Source: Selaginella moellendorffii (taxonomy: Eukaryota; Plantae; Lycopodiophyta). From it: a DNA stretch of 64,000 bases. The DNA is taken from assembly GCF_000143415.4 (NCBI RefSeq), contig NW_003314317.1, positions 999,183 to 1,063,182 on the forward strand. The letters are read 5' to 3'. A program made the position numbers and the translations under genes. Of this stretch, positions 50,981-62,962 are shown in pieces. The number at the start of each line of letters is the position of its first letter. The stretch's first letter is position 1. The notes under the pieces were generated by a model. It was not told the DNA's origin. It did no database searches and worked only from the letters and a program-made list of their open reading frames with translations.

Positions 50981-52858
50981 ATGAGAAAGCTAGAGTGGAT
51001 TGACGTGATAAGAGGCTGCAAGAGTCTATCAAGGGCGAGAGAGATCCATAGGCAAATTTCGAGCAGCCAAGGAGGGGCCAGGCACTTTAGCAAAGATCCA
51101 ACTTTTCTCTCTAATCTCCTCATCCAGATGTATGGCAAATGCGATGGCGTGGGCGATGCGCTGGCTGTTTTCCAGGCCCTTTCTCAAAAAAACACTCACA
51201 CTTGGAATTTGATGCTCCAGGCGTGTCTCGTCAACAGTGCTCTCGAGCAAGCCAAGGAAATCTTTGGAGCTATGCCGGATCCAGATGCGTTGTCTGGAGA
51301 AGCGATGGTGAAAGCATTGATTCGAAAAGAGCAGCCGCTGGAAGCAAAGAGATGTTTCGAGCGTCTGGGTCAGCGAGACGAATCTCTCTGGGCACTGGTT
51401 TTTGCAGCACTTGCCCAAAAGTGGTATCTTCTTGCGGCCGAGGAGGTCTTTGTTAGAACACCTCTTGTAAACGATCTGACCTGGGGAAACATGATAAACA
51501 TGTATGGAAGAAATGGAAATCTAGGCGAAGCTAAACATTTGTTTGTCTCCATGCCGGAAAAAAACCTTGTAGTGTGGAGTTCCTTGATCACTGCTTATGC
51601 CCAATACGGGCATTTTGTCAAGTCGATAGAGATGTTTAAAAGAGTCCCGGCTTTGGATCTTGTGTTGTGTTCGGTGATGTTGCGAGGCTTTGGAGAAAAC
51701 GGAAATGTTGAAGAAGCAAAACTCTTGTTTGATTCCATGCCAGAACGAAACCAAGTGTCTTGGTGTGCTATGATCACAGCGGCTTCGCGAAGTGGGAGCA
51801 TTGAAGAGGCCAGAGAAGTGTTCGACAGAATCCCAGAGTGTGATCTCGTTGGATGGAACGGGATCTTAGCAGCGTACTCCATGCGAGGAGAGGCCGAGGT
51901 GGTAAAGACGCTGTTCGATCGAATGCCCGAGAGAGACGAGATCTCCTGGAACACACTTTCAGCTGGGCTCTTCGAGAGCTCCAAGACGAGCCTGGAGGTG
52001 GTGAGAGAAACGTTTCGGAGAGTTCCAAAGCATAGCTTGGGATGCTGCACAGTGGCGATCACCGCCAGCGGCGACGCAAGAGAAGCAAAGCTGGTGTTTG
52101 ATTGCATGAGGCATCGCGACGTTGTGTCATGGACGTCGCTCTTCAAAGCCCACTTCCAAGGTGGCGAGCTCCAAGAAGCCAAAGAAGTCTTCGAGAGAAT
52201 GCCTGTGTATGACTTGGTTTCCTGGAACGCGATGCTCACAGGATTCTCGCAGAGTGGCCGCATGGACGACGCAAGGCTGGTTTTCTCCGAGCTCCCGGAG
52301 AAGAACTTAGTATCCATGACGACGATGCTGGCAGGATTTGCAAAGAGCGGCCAGCTTGCCACGGCGAAGAGCGTGTTTGACGAGATGCCGGACATGAACG
52401 TCCCGACTTGGAACTCGATGATCGCAGGCTACGCTCAAAACGGGCACTTTCGCGAGTCGATGGAGACGTTCCAGTTGATGCAGCTGGAAGGTTTCAGGCC
52501 CGACGATGGCACGTACAGCAGCGTGATCCTGGCAGGAAACCACGCAGGAACTCTTTCGGTGGCTCGATCCCGGTTTGTGTCGATGGTGGACGACTATGGC
52601 TTAGTTCCGAAGAAGGAACACTACAGTTCAATGGTGGACGTGTTGAGCCGAGCCGGACACTTGACAGAAGCGGAGGATCTGATCGTAAGCATGCCTTTTG
52701 TTGCTGATGATCGAGACTGGAGGACTTTACTCGGCGCTTGCAAAGATCTGAATGATTCGGAGCAAGGAGGCCGCGCTGCAAAGTTTGCGCTTGAGTTGGA
52801 GCCTGAAAGCTCTGCATCATATGTGGTGTTGGCAAATTTGTGCAAGTTAGAAGCATAG
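50981..52858 (+). CDS. PLS-class PPR protein (short-repeat rich) with E domain
   Basis: Repeated AKxxFDxMPERxxVSW units; HYSSMVDVLSRAG; SYVVLANL. Confidence 0.93.
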   Translation: MRKLEWIDVIRGCKSLSRAREIHRQISSSQGGARHFSKDPTFLSNLLIQMYGKCDGVGDALAVFQALSQKNTHTWNLMLQACLVNSALEQAKEIFGAMPDPDALSGEAMVKALIRKEQPLEAKRCFERLGQRDESLWALVFAALAQKWYLLAAEEVFVRTPLVNDLTWGNMINMYGRNGNLGEAKHLFVSMPEKNLVVWSSLITAYAQYGHFVKSIEMFKRVPALDLVLCSVMLRGFGENGNVEEAKLLFDSMPERNQVSWCAMITAASRSGSIEEAREVFDRIPECDLVGWNGILAAYSMRGEAEVVKTLFDRMPERDEISWNTLSAGLFESSKTSLEVVRETFRRVPKHSLGCCTVAITASGDAREAKLVFDCMRHRDVVSWTSLFKAHFQGGELQEAKEVFERMPVYDLVSWNAMLTGFSQSGRMDDARLVFSELPEKNLVSMTTMLAGFAKSGQLATAKSVFDEMPDMNVPTWNSMIAGYAQNGHFRESMETFQLMQLEGFRPDDGTYSSVILAGNHAGTLSVARSRFVSMVDDYGLVPKKEHYSSMVDVLSRAGHLTEAEDLIVSMPFVADDRDWRTLLGACKDLNDSEQGGRAAKFALELEPESSASYVVLANLCKLEA

Positions 52859-52880
52859 ATCTCAGCGAAAACCATTACCA

Positions 52881-54884
52881 TTAATTCAAACTTTCCTCGA
52901 GCTCCACATGTATATCGAAAACCTTGTCATCGCGCTGGACTTTAAGAACGACTTGATCTCCAATCTCATGATCGTCCAGAGCTTTTGCTAGTTCCGCTGG
53001 GTTTTTAATCTGAGGAAGCCATGTTGGATGAAATGTCTATACTCCAATCAAGACAGGATTTCCTTACAGAAAGATTGTCGACTGCAAGAATGACATCTCC
53101 AAGCAGAATGTTTCCCGCAATTCCACGCCGCGTTGCCACTAAACCAGCCTTGGCAGCAGTGCTCGAAGGTAAAACCTGAAATTTTGATATGTTTCGAAAA
53201 GTATGAAGAAGAAAGAGATCACGTACCGAAAGAACTAGTGAGCCTTTCTTGACGTTAAGCTGTTTTGCAACAATGTCTGGTGCGACTTGAATTTTCAAAC
53301 CAGCATGCATGATCTGACATAAAATACAAGTTAGAGAAACTTAAGGAGGCCAAAAAATCAACCTTTCCATATTTGATCAGCTGAGGCACCACTCTTGACA
53401 CTGCATCCACTGGAATAGCGAAACCAATTCCCGCGGACGTACCTAAGTGGTAAGAAATCATATCAAGAACAACCAAAAAAATCATCCATGAGTTTACCTG
53501 TTCGAGTGAAAATTGCAGCATTGATTCCGATCAGCTTTCCATCAGAGTTTAATAACGGACCACCACTGCTCACAAAAATGATCAGAGTAGAAAAAAAAGA
53601 GAAAAAAAGCTCACCTATTTCCTGGATTGATGGCAGCATCGGTTTGGATGCCTCCACCAATTATCACTCCGGTTTGGCTGTTGATGTCTCGATTCAAACC
53701 ACTTACAACCCCCACCGTGAGTGTGTGATCAAATCCAAATGGATTCCCTATGGCCAGGCAGCGCTGGCCAACTTTTAAGTTCGAGGATTTTCCCACAGAG
53801 ATTGGATGGAGAAGTGCTTCAGGAGCATCAATCTGTAAAAAGAAAGACGTGGTAAATTCTCTGCCGAAAAGAACAATCGATGAAACATCATATACTTTGA
53901 GAACAGCAAGATCTTTGGTCTTGTCTGCGCCAACCAAAGTCGCTTGGAAAGTCTTTTGAACCCTGGAAGACGGAAAAGCATCCAGTAAGTCGTCAATGGC
54001 GAAACCAAAAACAAGCCATACCCGTCCTCCACAAGAAGTGAAACTCGAGCCACAGGTTTTTTCTTTCCGAGGCCTTTGGACAAGGCGCTACCAATAACTG
54101 TAACACCAATCTTAGGCGAAAAACAAAGGAAACAAGAACTAGAACTGACCGTGATAGTTTGTGACAATGTGACCATCTTTGTCCCACACAATTCCTGTTC
54201 CATTACCTTCTGGAACCTAGCAAGAAGCAAGAAACTCTTTTCAGCGGCTGTGATCTCAGTTGCATCAAACATTTACCTCCACTGATCCAGTCAAGTTGAG
54301 CTCCGGTTTAAGTGTGGTGTCGAAAACATTAACCACGGAGAATGTGTTGTTTTCAAAGAGTTTGGCAATCCGTTCCTACAGCCTGCCAACACAACTCCAT
54401 CAATCTATCCAAAAACGAAGCAAAGAAAGAAGCTTTTCTCCTTTTATGTGCTCACCTCACTGGGTGGAAGATCGCCGCGAGGAGCTACAGGTGGAGTAAC
54501 GTCCTCCAGTGTGACAGTGGAATCTCCCAAAGCAAGTGCTATAAAACAAATATCAAAGCTGGAAAAGAAAAAAAACCTTGCACCAGAGAACGAAAAAAAC
54601 AGGTAGAAAATTTGTCGGAAAGAAAATCCATGCACGCAAGAGCATAGAAACGAAATCGATGCAGGCAAGAGCAAAGAACGAGAAAAATCAATGAGGATTT
54701 CATACCTGGGAGTGTAGGCAGGGAGAATCCAAAGATGAGCATTCCAGCCCCAACAGCGCGCCTGGAATTCACAGCCCTGGCACTGCAAGAAACAAAGATT
54801 GCGTGAGCATTCCATTCGCAATCTCGCTACTCACTGGCAATGCGAGGCATTCTCGCAGGCCGCGCGCGCCGCCAAAGCCCTCAT
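52881..54884 (-). CDS. DEG8: Chloroplast Deg/HtrA serine protease 8, multi-exon
   Basis: GHIVTNYH, KDLAVLK, AIGNPFGFDHTLTVGVVSGLNRDI, QTDAAINPGNSGGPLL, C-terminal PDZ. Confidence 0.88.
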
Positions 54885-54992
54885 CTAGTCTAGCTAAGAT
54901 ATTTCACCTTTAGGATATTCATGAATATACCTAATAGGTCAATTTGATTCCCGCCATACTTTTTAGATTAGGGCAAGCTAGGGTTTCTGTAG

Positions 54993-56014
54993 ATGGAGCG
55001 CAGGGGAAGGCGCTCGCCGGATCGCGAGCGCGGCGAGAGAGGGGACAGGCACGGCAGGCGCTACGAGGGCGAAGGATTTGGCAGCGACCGCAGAGAGAGG
55101 CGCTATGATTCTGGCGACGATTTCGATCGCGGGGACAGGAGGTTTTTCCAGCGTGAGGAAGGTAGAGATTTCCGGCGTGAGAATGTAGGGAGAAGAGGGG
55201 ATGGAGCAGCAGCAGCAAGTCAGGAGCTTCCGGAGCTCTACTCGATTTGTAGGGGACGAGTTCACTCGGTGAAACCCTTTGGTTTGTTTGTTCGTTTAGA
55301 AGGCTATCGAGCTCACGGGCTCGTCCATCTTTCGCAAGTGAGCAATCACGAGGTCACGCAGCGGGAAGACTCGGACGAGGTGAAAATGCAAGCTTTGGCA
55401 GCGATTGCCGGGCAAGGAGAGGAGATATGGGTGAAGATTATCGCCGTGAGACGAGAGGAAGATGGAAGTGTGAAGATCGGTTGCTCGATGAAGCTTGTTG
55501 GGCAGACCGATGGAAGAGACTTGGATCCAAACAATCTCCAGGCCGAGCTCAACGAATCAAGGCCATCTCGTCCTGCTCGTTCCAAAGTGAGATTTTTATC
55601 TTTTCTCTTCGTAGTTCTGATGTATTTGGAGTGTGCCAGGTTACTCTTGATGCTGTTTACAACGTTTCTTGCTCGCGGTGCGGCGGTCACGGCCACTTGA
55701 AATCCGAATGCTACGCCACCGGTGACAAAACTTACGAGCTTCTTCCAGAGGAAGCTCTGGAGGATCCAGTGCCACAGCCATCGACAGTACTTGCGGAAGA
55801 AACTCTAGACAAGGAGAAGAACAGGCACAGCGCATCCAAGTCGAGCAAGAAACGAAGCCATCTCCCAGACAGCGTTACTACGGTGGAAGAAGCCAAAGCT
55901 CTCATCGCGAGCCTCAAGGACGAGAAGAAGAAAAAGAAGGAGAAAAGAGAAAGCAAGCGCCACCATAGCAAGCATCACAAGAAGAGGAGGAAAGAGGAGG
56001 AATCAGCGCACTAA
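54993..56014 (+). CDS. S1 RNA-binding + CCHC zinc-knuckle protein (ZCCHC17/pNO40-like), one intron
   Basis: GRVHSVKPFGLFVRL..GLVHLSQVS (S1); CSRCGGHGHLKSEC; Lys-rich tail. Confidence 0.88.
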
Positions 56015-56132
56015 GGCAAGCGGTGGTGTGGAATATCCGCGTCTTTATGGCACTCGCAGTGCTGACGCGATGCGACGGTGACCGTCAGATCTCAAACTCT
56101 TTCTTCGCGGGGAGAGAGCTATTTAGTGGGCG

Positions 56133-56753
56133 ATGGCGCTCGAGCAAAGGAACGAGGCAGCGATGCAACGGAAGAAATTGGAGCAGCAAGAGCAGCACTC
56201 AATTGAGCTCCTCGATGGGCAGAATTGCCACCCGGCAATCGCCATTCCCCGGCAGGCCGCCTGCGACACGCTCCAGTCGATCATCCAGGCGCATTTCGAG
56301 AAGACGCTGGAGAAGAAGCGCGCGGTGGACGCGCAGAAGAAGGAGCTGTGGCGGATGTTTGGCATCTTCTTCGTGTTCCTGGCGATCCTCTTCGACGGCG
56401 TGGCGCGGTCCTCGGTGATCCAGTGCCGCCACTGCTGGGCTCCAATTGGGATTTGCTTGCTCGCCACCGCCATCTTCTACGTGGGGATGGCGCAGACGCT
56501 CAAGTGTATCAACGCGTTCAAGTACCAGCGGAGGTGCCACAAGCTCACCATGGGCGTCGCGACGGACAAGCTCCGGAGGATCACATCGAGCTCCATGGAC
56601 TTGATCCGCGAGGAGGAGGTGGAGGTGAGGTACCAGGAGCCGGACGATGACTACATTGGCAAATTCAAGAGGAAATGGATCATGTTCACGGTGTTCTTGG
56701 CTCTCACTCTGGCTCTGCTCGTCTCGTCCTTTGCACAGATCCTATGCTTGTAA
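56133..56753 (+). CDS. Conserved plant membrane protein of unknown function
   Basis: 206-aa ORF with strong codon bias, three hydrophobic segments, QAHFEKTLEKKR / CRHCW / KYQRRCHKL motifs. Confidence 0.8.
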   Translation: MALEQRNEAAMQRKKLEQQEQHSIELLDGQNCHPAIAIPRQAACDTLQSIIQAHFEKTLEKKRAVDAQKKELWRMFGIFFVFLAILFDGVARSSVIQCRHCWAPIGICLLATAIFYVGMAQTLKCINAFKYQRRCHKLTMGVATDKLRRITSSSMDLIREEEVEVRYQEPDDDYIGKFKRKWIMFTVFLALTLALLVSSFAQILCL

Positions 56754-57067
56754 CTAGAAGTCTTCTTTTCTCTTCTCACTGATCACTCATTCATGTAAGA
56801 GACAAACCACTGTACGCAAGAATTATGTCCAAGAAAAGAGGTTGAAATTCCACCATTGCTCAGTCAAAAAGGAGGAAAAACATTGTAAAATGGCTGTGAT
56901 GCCAACTTCAGTGTTGGTGGCTGGGACCTCCAGCTCGAATCTTAATCTCCATGCCACGATTGACTCCTCCTAGCTAGGAAAAAATTCTTAGAAAAAGTTT
57001 CCTCCAAACTTAAGTTGCTGTAGCAAGCTTGTCTTCTTCTTCGTCTTCCTCCTCTCCTTTTCTTTGT

Positions 57068-58196
57068 TTATTTGAGCTTTGTCGATGGTATGGACGTGTC
57101 TGGCTTCTTTGGCTCGTTTTTCAAGTCGAGCAGACCTTGTTCCTTCAACTTTGGGTCGAATCTCAGTGTCTCTTTGCAGTTTCTACTGTCGAAGCTCGCC
57201 ACCAGAGACTTTTCGATCCGCCTGGCTACGTTTTTGAGAACCTTGGCTTTGGGAGGTCCCTGGCCTGCTTCTTCGTGGAGTTTGATCTCCTCGTCTACAG
57301 TCGATCAATCGATAGATCGAGAAAAACATGAATCCTGGCATAGAAAAAAGTTATTACCTGTCATTAGAGGCTTGCAATCCAGTGGATTCTCCCAGATGTT
57401 TTGCTGCTCGCTATCGGTGTTTCCGGGTGGAGGAACTGGACTTTCGGCCATCCACTTGTTCCTGGTGAGCTCCAAAATGGACCGGCTTGGCTTGGTTACG
57501 TGATAGACTTTGACAAAATAGCACTTTTGTGGAACTCGAGCAAAGTGTAGCCTCATGCTCGGATGGATCTGCCGTAAAGTTTGATGATCTCTTGCGTTGG
57601 AACTCAAAGAAAAGGAGGAACCTACAAACCTGCCTTGAGATTCCAATGTAGTTTATGACCTTGTTCTCGTCGAAAACAGCGTAGACACTGGCTTTTGCAT
57701 CAGCTTGGCTACAATCGAGAATCATCCCGTCTTCCGTGAGATACGGAAGAAATTCCAAGTCCTCCAGAGAAACGAGTTCTTTAGATGATGCTAGCTCACG
57801 TCCCTGCGTTTGTAGTTGCCGTCTCTTATACTCTTCTTGAGCCTGCATTGCATTGTTACGCATCCAAACTTTCCAAGGAAATGGAAGAGCTAGAAAGAGA
57901 AAAATACCTGTAGAGTTTCTCTCTTGATTCTTTCTATGTTCTCCTCTGCGGCAGCCACCTTTTGCTTCCACTTGGGCTCTGGAAATGGCAATGCCGGTTG
58001 AATCAAAGATAAAATTCCTAGAATTCTCACGCAAAGAAGTACCTGCCATGGACGCCATGGCAATGGGCGCGTTAGAGCTGCGATCCCCATCGTTGGGTCA
58101 GACGAGCGTAATGGCATGAAAAAAAAAACAGCAATCGAACCGGAGCGAGGGCGAGAGTGAGCCGAGCGCCATAGCAGCTATCGCCTTCGTCGCCAT
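57068..58196 (-). CDS. GIY-YIG-like domain protein, probably plastid-targeted, multi-exon
   Basis: SVYAVFDENKVINYIGISRQ...LHFARVPQKC...W..PPGN motif set; Ala-rich N-terminus. Confidence 0.75.
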
Positions 58197-58234
58197 AGTC
58201 TATCCAAGGAGAAAAAAAATTACAAAACAAATCT

Positions 58235-58316
58235 CGTCGCCTGAGAGATTCGAACTCTCGCGGGGAAACCCCATGTACTTAGCAGGCACACGCCTTAACC
58301 ACTCGGCCAAAGCGAC
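58235..58316 (-). tRNA. tRNA-Ser(GCT)
   Basis: GTCGCTTTGGCCGAGTGGTTAAGGC...CTGCTAA...long variable arm...GTTCGAATC...AGGCGACG, followed by a T-run. Confidence 0.96.
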
Positions 58317-59054
58317 AGATGATGAAAGTATTCCTATTTTAGTCTTCTCGTACTTTCACAACAATTAAAATTGATGATAAAAATAAAATTTTCAGCTTTT
58401 ACAAGCTTCTCTGGAGTCTTTGCATTTTACTCATACTTCAAGCAAAACTGACTTTGGCACGGAATGGACACTTGAGATGAGAAAGCTGCTGCAATTACAT
58501 CATCCCCCTCCGGAGCAAATTCCTGGTAAGAGAAAACTGAAGATTTTCATAAACATTACCACGCTGCAAGTTTCTCGCAGACTATGGAGAATTTCAACCG
58601 AGGCCTCGTCCCTGTTGCATCCCATAAAGGATGAAGATTTTGAGAAATATGAATCACGAACTGGCCATGCTGCACAAAAGATGTTTCTTTCTCGTTTGAT
58701 AGGTTTCTTGTTCTGTTTTAAGTGCACAAACACAATCTCATCACCCACCAGATGGATCTCCGAGACGAACCCGAACTCCCATTGTGTCCATGTGTATTGT
58801 ACTGAAAGATTTCTGGCAACCATGCATCGCATTGCCTTGGCCCATCACAACAGGGATCAGAAAGAAATGGTTATAGAATTGAATTGGCTTCAATTTTCAA
58901 TTTACCTGATAAAATCCAGCACAGTTTCTTGCGATATTTTTGGAAGATCATGGCGATATCCTTCGTGAAGGATGTGAGTAAAAGATCACCCGTCGCGAAG
59001 GTTTTCGTGGATATGCTAGTAGAAGATCATCAACTTACCTTTCAGTTACAATAA

Positions 59055-59131
59055 CCGATCTTAGCTCAGTTGGTAGAGCGGAGGACTGTAGTGTCTCTCA
59101 GACATCCTTAGGTCGCTGGTGGCAGATCGGA
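59055..59131 (+). pseudogene. Intron-containing tRNA-Tyr(GTA) lacking the T-loop/B box
   Basis: CCGATCTTAGCTCAGTTGGTAGAGCGGAGGACTGTAG-intron-ATCCTTAGGTCGCTGGT|GGCAGATCGGA; TCGAATCC is absent. Confidence 0.85.
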
Positions 59132-59220
59132 ACCTTGTCACTCTTACGGGTAAGGGAAGCACTATCGATCTTGCAATGCTTTGAATTTGTGGATCCCAGA
59201 AAAGGAAATCACTTCCCCCA

Positions 59221-60012
59221 CTAATGGTGTTGATCCATCTCTTTGAGCTTCAAGAGCCATCTCCGCCCACCATCGCCAGCTCTGACAGTAATCAGCCGGT
59301 CCAGCGATGGAACCAGCTTCTCCATGTTGAAACTCCGGTTGGCCACCTTTTTGTACCCCATGATCTCCACGAACTTGTCAATCAGCTGCTCCGTCACAGC
59401 CTCCTCGTCCACTCCATCCGGCGATCCCAGCTCCTTGGCCAGCGAGGTCGCCTCCTTCCCCGCGAGGCCACAGCACGGGACAATGTGCGAGAAGTAGCCC
59501 AGGTCCGGCTTGGCATTGAACGCCAATCCATGCGTCGTGACCCCGCCCGTCAGCCGCAATCCAATCGCTCCAATCTGCCGCTGCCGCTCGATCCAGCATC
59601 CAGCCTCGAATGGCACCCTCACCTCGGCATCGATTCCATGGCTCTTGGCCACGCCCAGCATCACGTCCTCGAGCACCTCCAGGAAATTGCGAAGACCCAT
59701 CTCGATTGCGCGGAGGGAGACGATCGGGTAGAGCACGGGCTGGCCTGGGAGATGCATTGTCACCTCGCCGCGGCGGTCCGTGTGGTAGATCTCGATGCCC
59801 AGCCGGCGGAGCTCCGAGTGGGGGGTGAGGATGGCGTGGGAGAGCCTGTGGCGGCCTAGGGTTATGGCGGGCGGGTGCTGCACGGAGATGAGGACGTCGT
59901 CGTGGCCGAGAATGCGGTCCTCCATCACGTAGCGCTGCAGCGCCAGGGCGCGATCGTAGCGCAGCATTCCCACGCGCCATACCTGGAGCTTGCCGGGGCT
60001 CTTCCTGGGCAT
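59221..60012 (-). CDS. LIP2: Octanoyltransferase (LipB/LIP2)
   Basis: QHPPAITLGR, TDRRGEVTMHLPGQPVLYPI, IGAIGLR, VTTHGLAFN, FSHIVPC. Confidence 0.88.
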   Translation of the reverse strand: MPRKSPGKLQVWRVGMLRYDRALALQRYVMEDRILGHDDVLISVQHPPAITLGRHRLSHAILTPHSELRRLGIEIYHTDRRGEVTMHLPGQPVLYPIVSLRAIEMGLRNFLEVLEDVMLGVAKSHGIDAEVRVPFEAGCWIERQRQIGAIGLRLTGGVTTHGLAFNAKPDLGYFSHIVPCCGLAGKEATSLAKELGSPDGVDEEAVTEQLIDKFVEIMGYKKVANRSFNMEKLVPSLDRLITVRAGDGGRRWLLKLKEMDQHH

Positions 60013-60084
60013 GGCCTCTCAGGAGCCCTAAACGGATATGCCGCTGGAATCATTTCAAATTTCCCGCTTTAGTGGTTAATATAT

Positions 60085-60106
60085 AAGCCCTAAACCTTAA
60101 ACCCTA
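60085..60106 (+). promoter_or_regulatory. Telo-box cluster in a short divergent promoter
   Basis: AAGCCCTAAACCTTAAACCCTA lies about 30 bp upstream of a ribosome-biogenesis helicase. Confidence 0.6.
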
Positions 60107-60136
60107 CCACAGTGGATTTTCTAGGGTTCTTGCGCC

Positions 60137-62196
60137 ATGGCAATTCGTTTCGATTCCCTGCCCCTGAGCGATCGCACACTGGCGGCTCTCAAGGAATGCA
60201 ATTTCACTCACATGACCGAGGTAAATGCTCGAAAGCGCGATCTCTCTCTCCCTTGGTTTTTGTTTCGTAGATCCAAGCGCGATCCATTCCAAGGCTGTTG
60301 GCGGGGTCGGATGTGCTGGGAGCATCTCGCACTGGCACTGGAAAGACTCTAGCCTTCTTGGTACCGGCATTGGAGCTTCTCAACCGGGTGCAAATCAAGC
60401 CAAGGAATGGGACCGTGGTTCTTATCATCTCCCCTACAAGGGAACTGGCAAGCCAGGTTTATTTCTTTTATTGTTCCTTTTCTTGCTGGTCTATTGCTTC
60501 GATTGACACTCTTATCTATGATCGATCGGCAGATCCACGGAGTTGCATCCAAACTTATGTCAGCGCACAGCCAGACGCATATGGTTATCACTGGAGGCTT
60601 GAACCGTAAAGTCGAAGCTGTGAAGCTCAAGGCTGGAGTGAACCTTTTGGTTGCTACTCCTGGCAGGCTCCTGGATCATCTCAGGAGCACTGCCGGATGG
60701 ATCTATCACAACTTGAAGGTGTTGTTCTATGTCTGGTTTGTTTTTCCATTCTACCCTGACCTTCTTTTCCAGTACTTGGTGATCGATGAAGCGGACCGGT
60801 TGCTTGACATCGGGTTTGAAGAGGACATGAATCAAATTCTTCGTTTCTTTCAGGCATTCTTTTCTCTATCTAAATCATGATCGCGACGAGTCTAAGGCTC
60901 CCTGCCTACTGCAGAATACAAAGCGACAGACTGTGCTCTTTTCTGCGACTCTATCAGAGAAGGCGAGCCTTGGTCTTTTTTTCTTGGGTTTCTCACTGAC
61001 ACTCTCCCAATACCCAGGTAAAACAGCTTGCGAACTTGTCGCTGAAGGATCCAACGTACATCGGGGTGGAGTCCATTGAGCAATCGACTGTACAAGGTTT
61101 GGAGCAAGGCTACTGGGTGGTGCCACTCGAGAAGCGGCTCTTACTTCTCATCTCATCCCTGTACAGAAGTAAGAAAAAGAAGGTGAGGAAGTCGAGCTGA
61201 TTAGTTCAACTGATGAGTTCTTCTACTTCTACATCACCTTTTTTCTTGTGCAGGTGATGGTCTTCTTCTCCTCGTGTAACTCAGTCAAGTTCCACTTCGA
61301 ACTGTTTTGCCACATTGGCTTGGAGTGCCTGAGCATCCACGGGAAGCAGAAGCAATCGACGAGGACTTCTGCCTTCACGGAGTTTTGTGCCGCGGAAAAT
61401 GGCCTCCTTCTTTGTACTGATGTTGCAGCCCGTGGCCTGGACATTCCTGCCGTTGTAAGTATTCTTTGCAAGATGTATGATGGTAGTAATTACCACAGAG
61501 TTGCAGGACTGGATTATCCAGTATGATCCTCCTCCTGATCCGAAGGTCGGTTTCTTCCTGATTTTCTTGTTTGTAACATGCTGATCTTTCAGGAGTATAT
61601 CCACCGAGTTGGCCGGACTGCTCGGGGAGAGGGTGCCCGTGGCCGAGCTTTATTGTTTCTGCTGCCTCAGGAGCTCCTGTTTACTTCTGACCTTAAGGTA
61701 TATGTCTTTTGCTTTTCAATGTTTTCTTACTCCATTTCCTTAGCGTTCTAGAGTCCCCATAAAGCTGTGGCCAAGCTCGAAGCCGCTGAACATTCAAACC
61801 TTCCTTGTATGTATGCACTCTCACGTCGTTTCTTCCTTTTCTAAGTATCTCTCTTTCGTTTTGTGTGGCAGGAAACTCAGATACTCAAGATCCAAGGCAT
61901 GCAGCGCTTGGCAGCGGACGCCTTCAAGTCTTACCTGCGCTCGTATCAGGCGCACACGGCCGCCTTTGACATCCACAAGCTAGACTTGCAGGTTAAGTTT
62001 TTCCTTTTTTGTTTGTGCCGGTTAGCGAAGTGTTGCTGCCTCGCAGGCTCTTGCAGCATCGTTTTGCCTCAAGTCGATCCCGCCCAGCTGCACCAGCATT
62101 CACAGCAACGCAGCCAAGCACAGAAAGAAGAGAAAGGGAGCAGGGCATGCGTTTAGTGCTGAAGACCCTTACGGGAAACGGAGTAAACAAGGGTAA
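60137..62196 (+). CDS. DEAD-box RNA helicase, HAS1/DDX18-like, multi-exon
   Basis: [69 protein letters not shown]. Confidence 0.92.
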
Positions 62197-62282
62197 ACGA
62201 TGTAGAAACTTTAGAATGACAACAATGTCAATGAGAAGTGGACATTGGCAGTCAAATCTATGCTTACTAATCTCAAACTCAT

Positions 62283-62470
62283 CTAAAACAGAAGCTCTAG
62301 CGCGTCGCTGGAATGCCCACACCGGGCATACGACGCTAGCATGGAATTCCAAGCGGCTTCCGCGGATGAATGATCGCCTTGAGCAAAAAAGATTTCTTCC
62401 GCGCGATCCACCTGGTTGAATCTGCCATGAGCCACATACACGAGAATATCCATCGCGAACCTGGATTGAT
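62283..62470 (-). pseudogene. PPR fragment
   Basis: VDRAEEIFF...AWNSMLASYARCGHSSDALELL. Confidence 0.6.
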
Positions 62471-62647
62471 TCTTGGGTCCAAACACGCAATTCCGGCTCT
62501 GCTTCTTCTGGATGATGCTGATTGCCACCAACCTTCATACCAGCACCTGGGAAGTTTCGTTCGAGAAGCCTCTGATGGTACACATAATAGTTTGAACATA
62601 GCTTAAGAAAACATTTGACGCGGCTCTAGAGGCCTGGACAAAAAACA

Positions 62648-62962
62648 ATGGGAGCTCCTGTGTTTGCACCGACCGGAGCGGAAGAAAACTCCAATGATGG
62701 AGGTAATTCTCTCGATGTTGCGGTTGCAGCTCAAGACGAGGATGGATCGCAATGCAAGGATGAGGGAGAGCAAGAAGATGGACTGCAATGCAACGATGCG
62801 GGAGAAGAAGATGGATTGCGATGCAACGAGACACTTCAAGATCACGAAGATGACGACGACGTGCTTCGAGAGCTCCTCCTCGATGCTGGCTTTGAGTACG
62901 GGTCTGGATCTGCCGATCATCTCAAGGCGCAAGATCAGGAAGTGTCCGAGGTCGACATATGA
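62648..62962 (+). CDS. Short acidic ORF with internal repeats, unknown function
   Basis: AAAAACAATGG start context; EEDGLxCN repeats; no recognisable family. Confidence 0.3.
   Translation: MGAPVFAPTGAEENSNDGGNSLDVAVAAQDEDGSQCKDEGEQEDGLQCNDAGEEDGLRCNETLQDHEDDDDVLRELLLDAGFEYGSGSADHLKAQDQEVSEVDI

Noticed and set aside
58420-58968. 182-aa ORF and the opposite-strand 110-aa ORF
   Set aside because: No recognisable motifs; a product cannot be supported.
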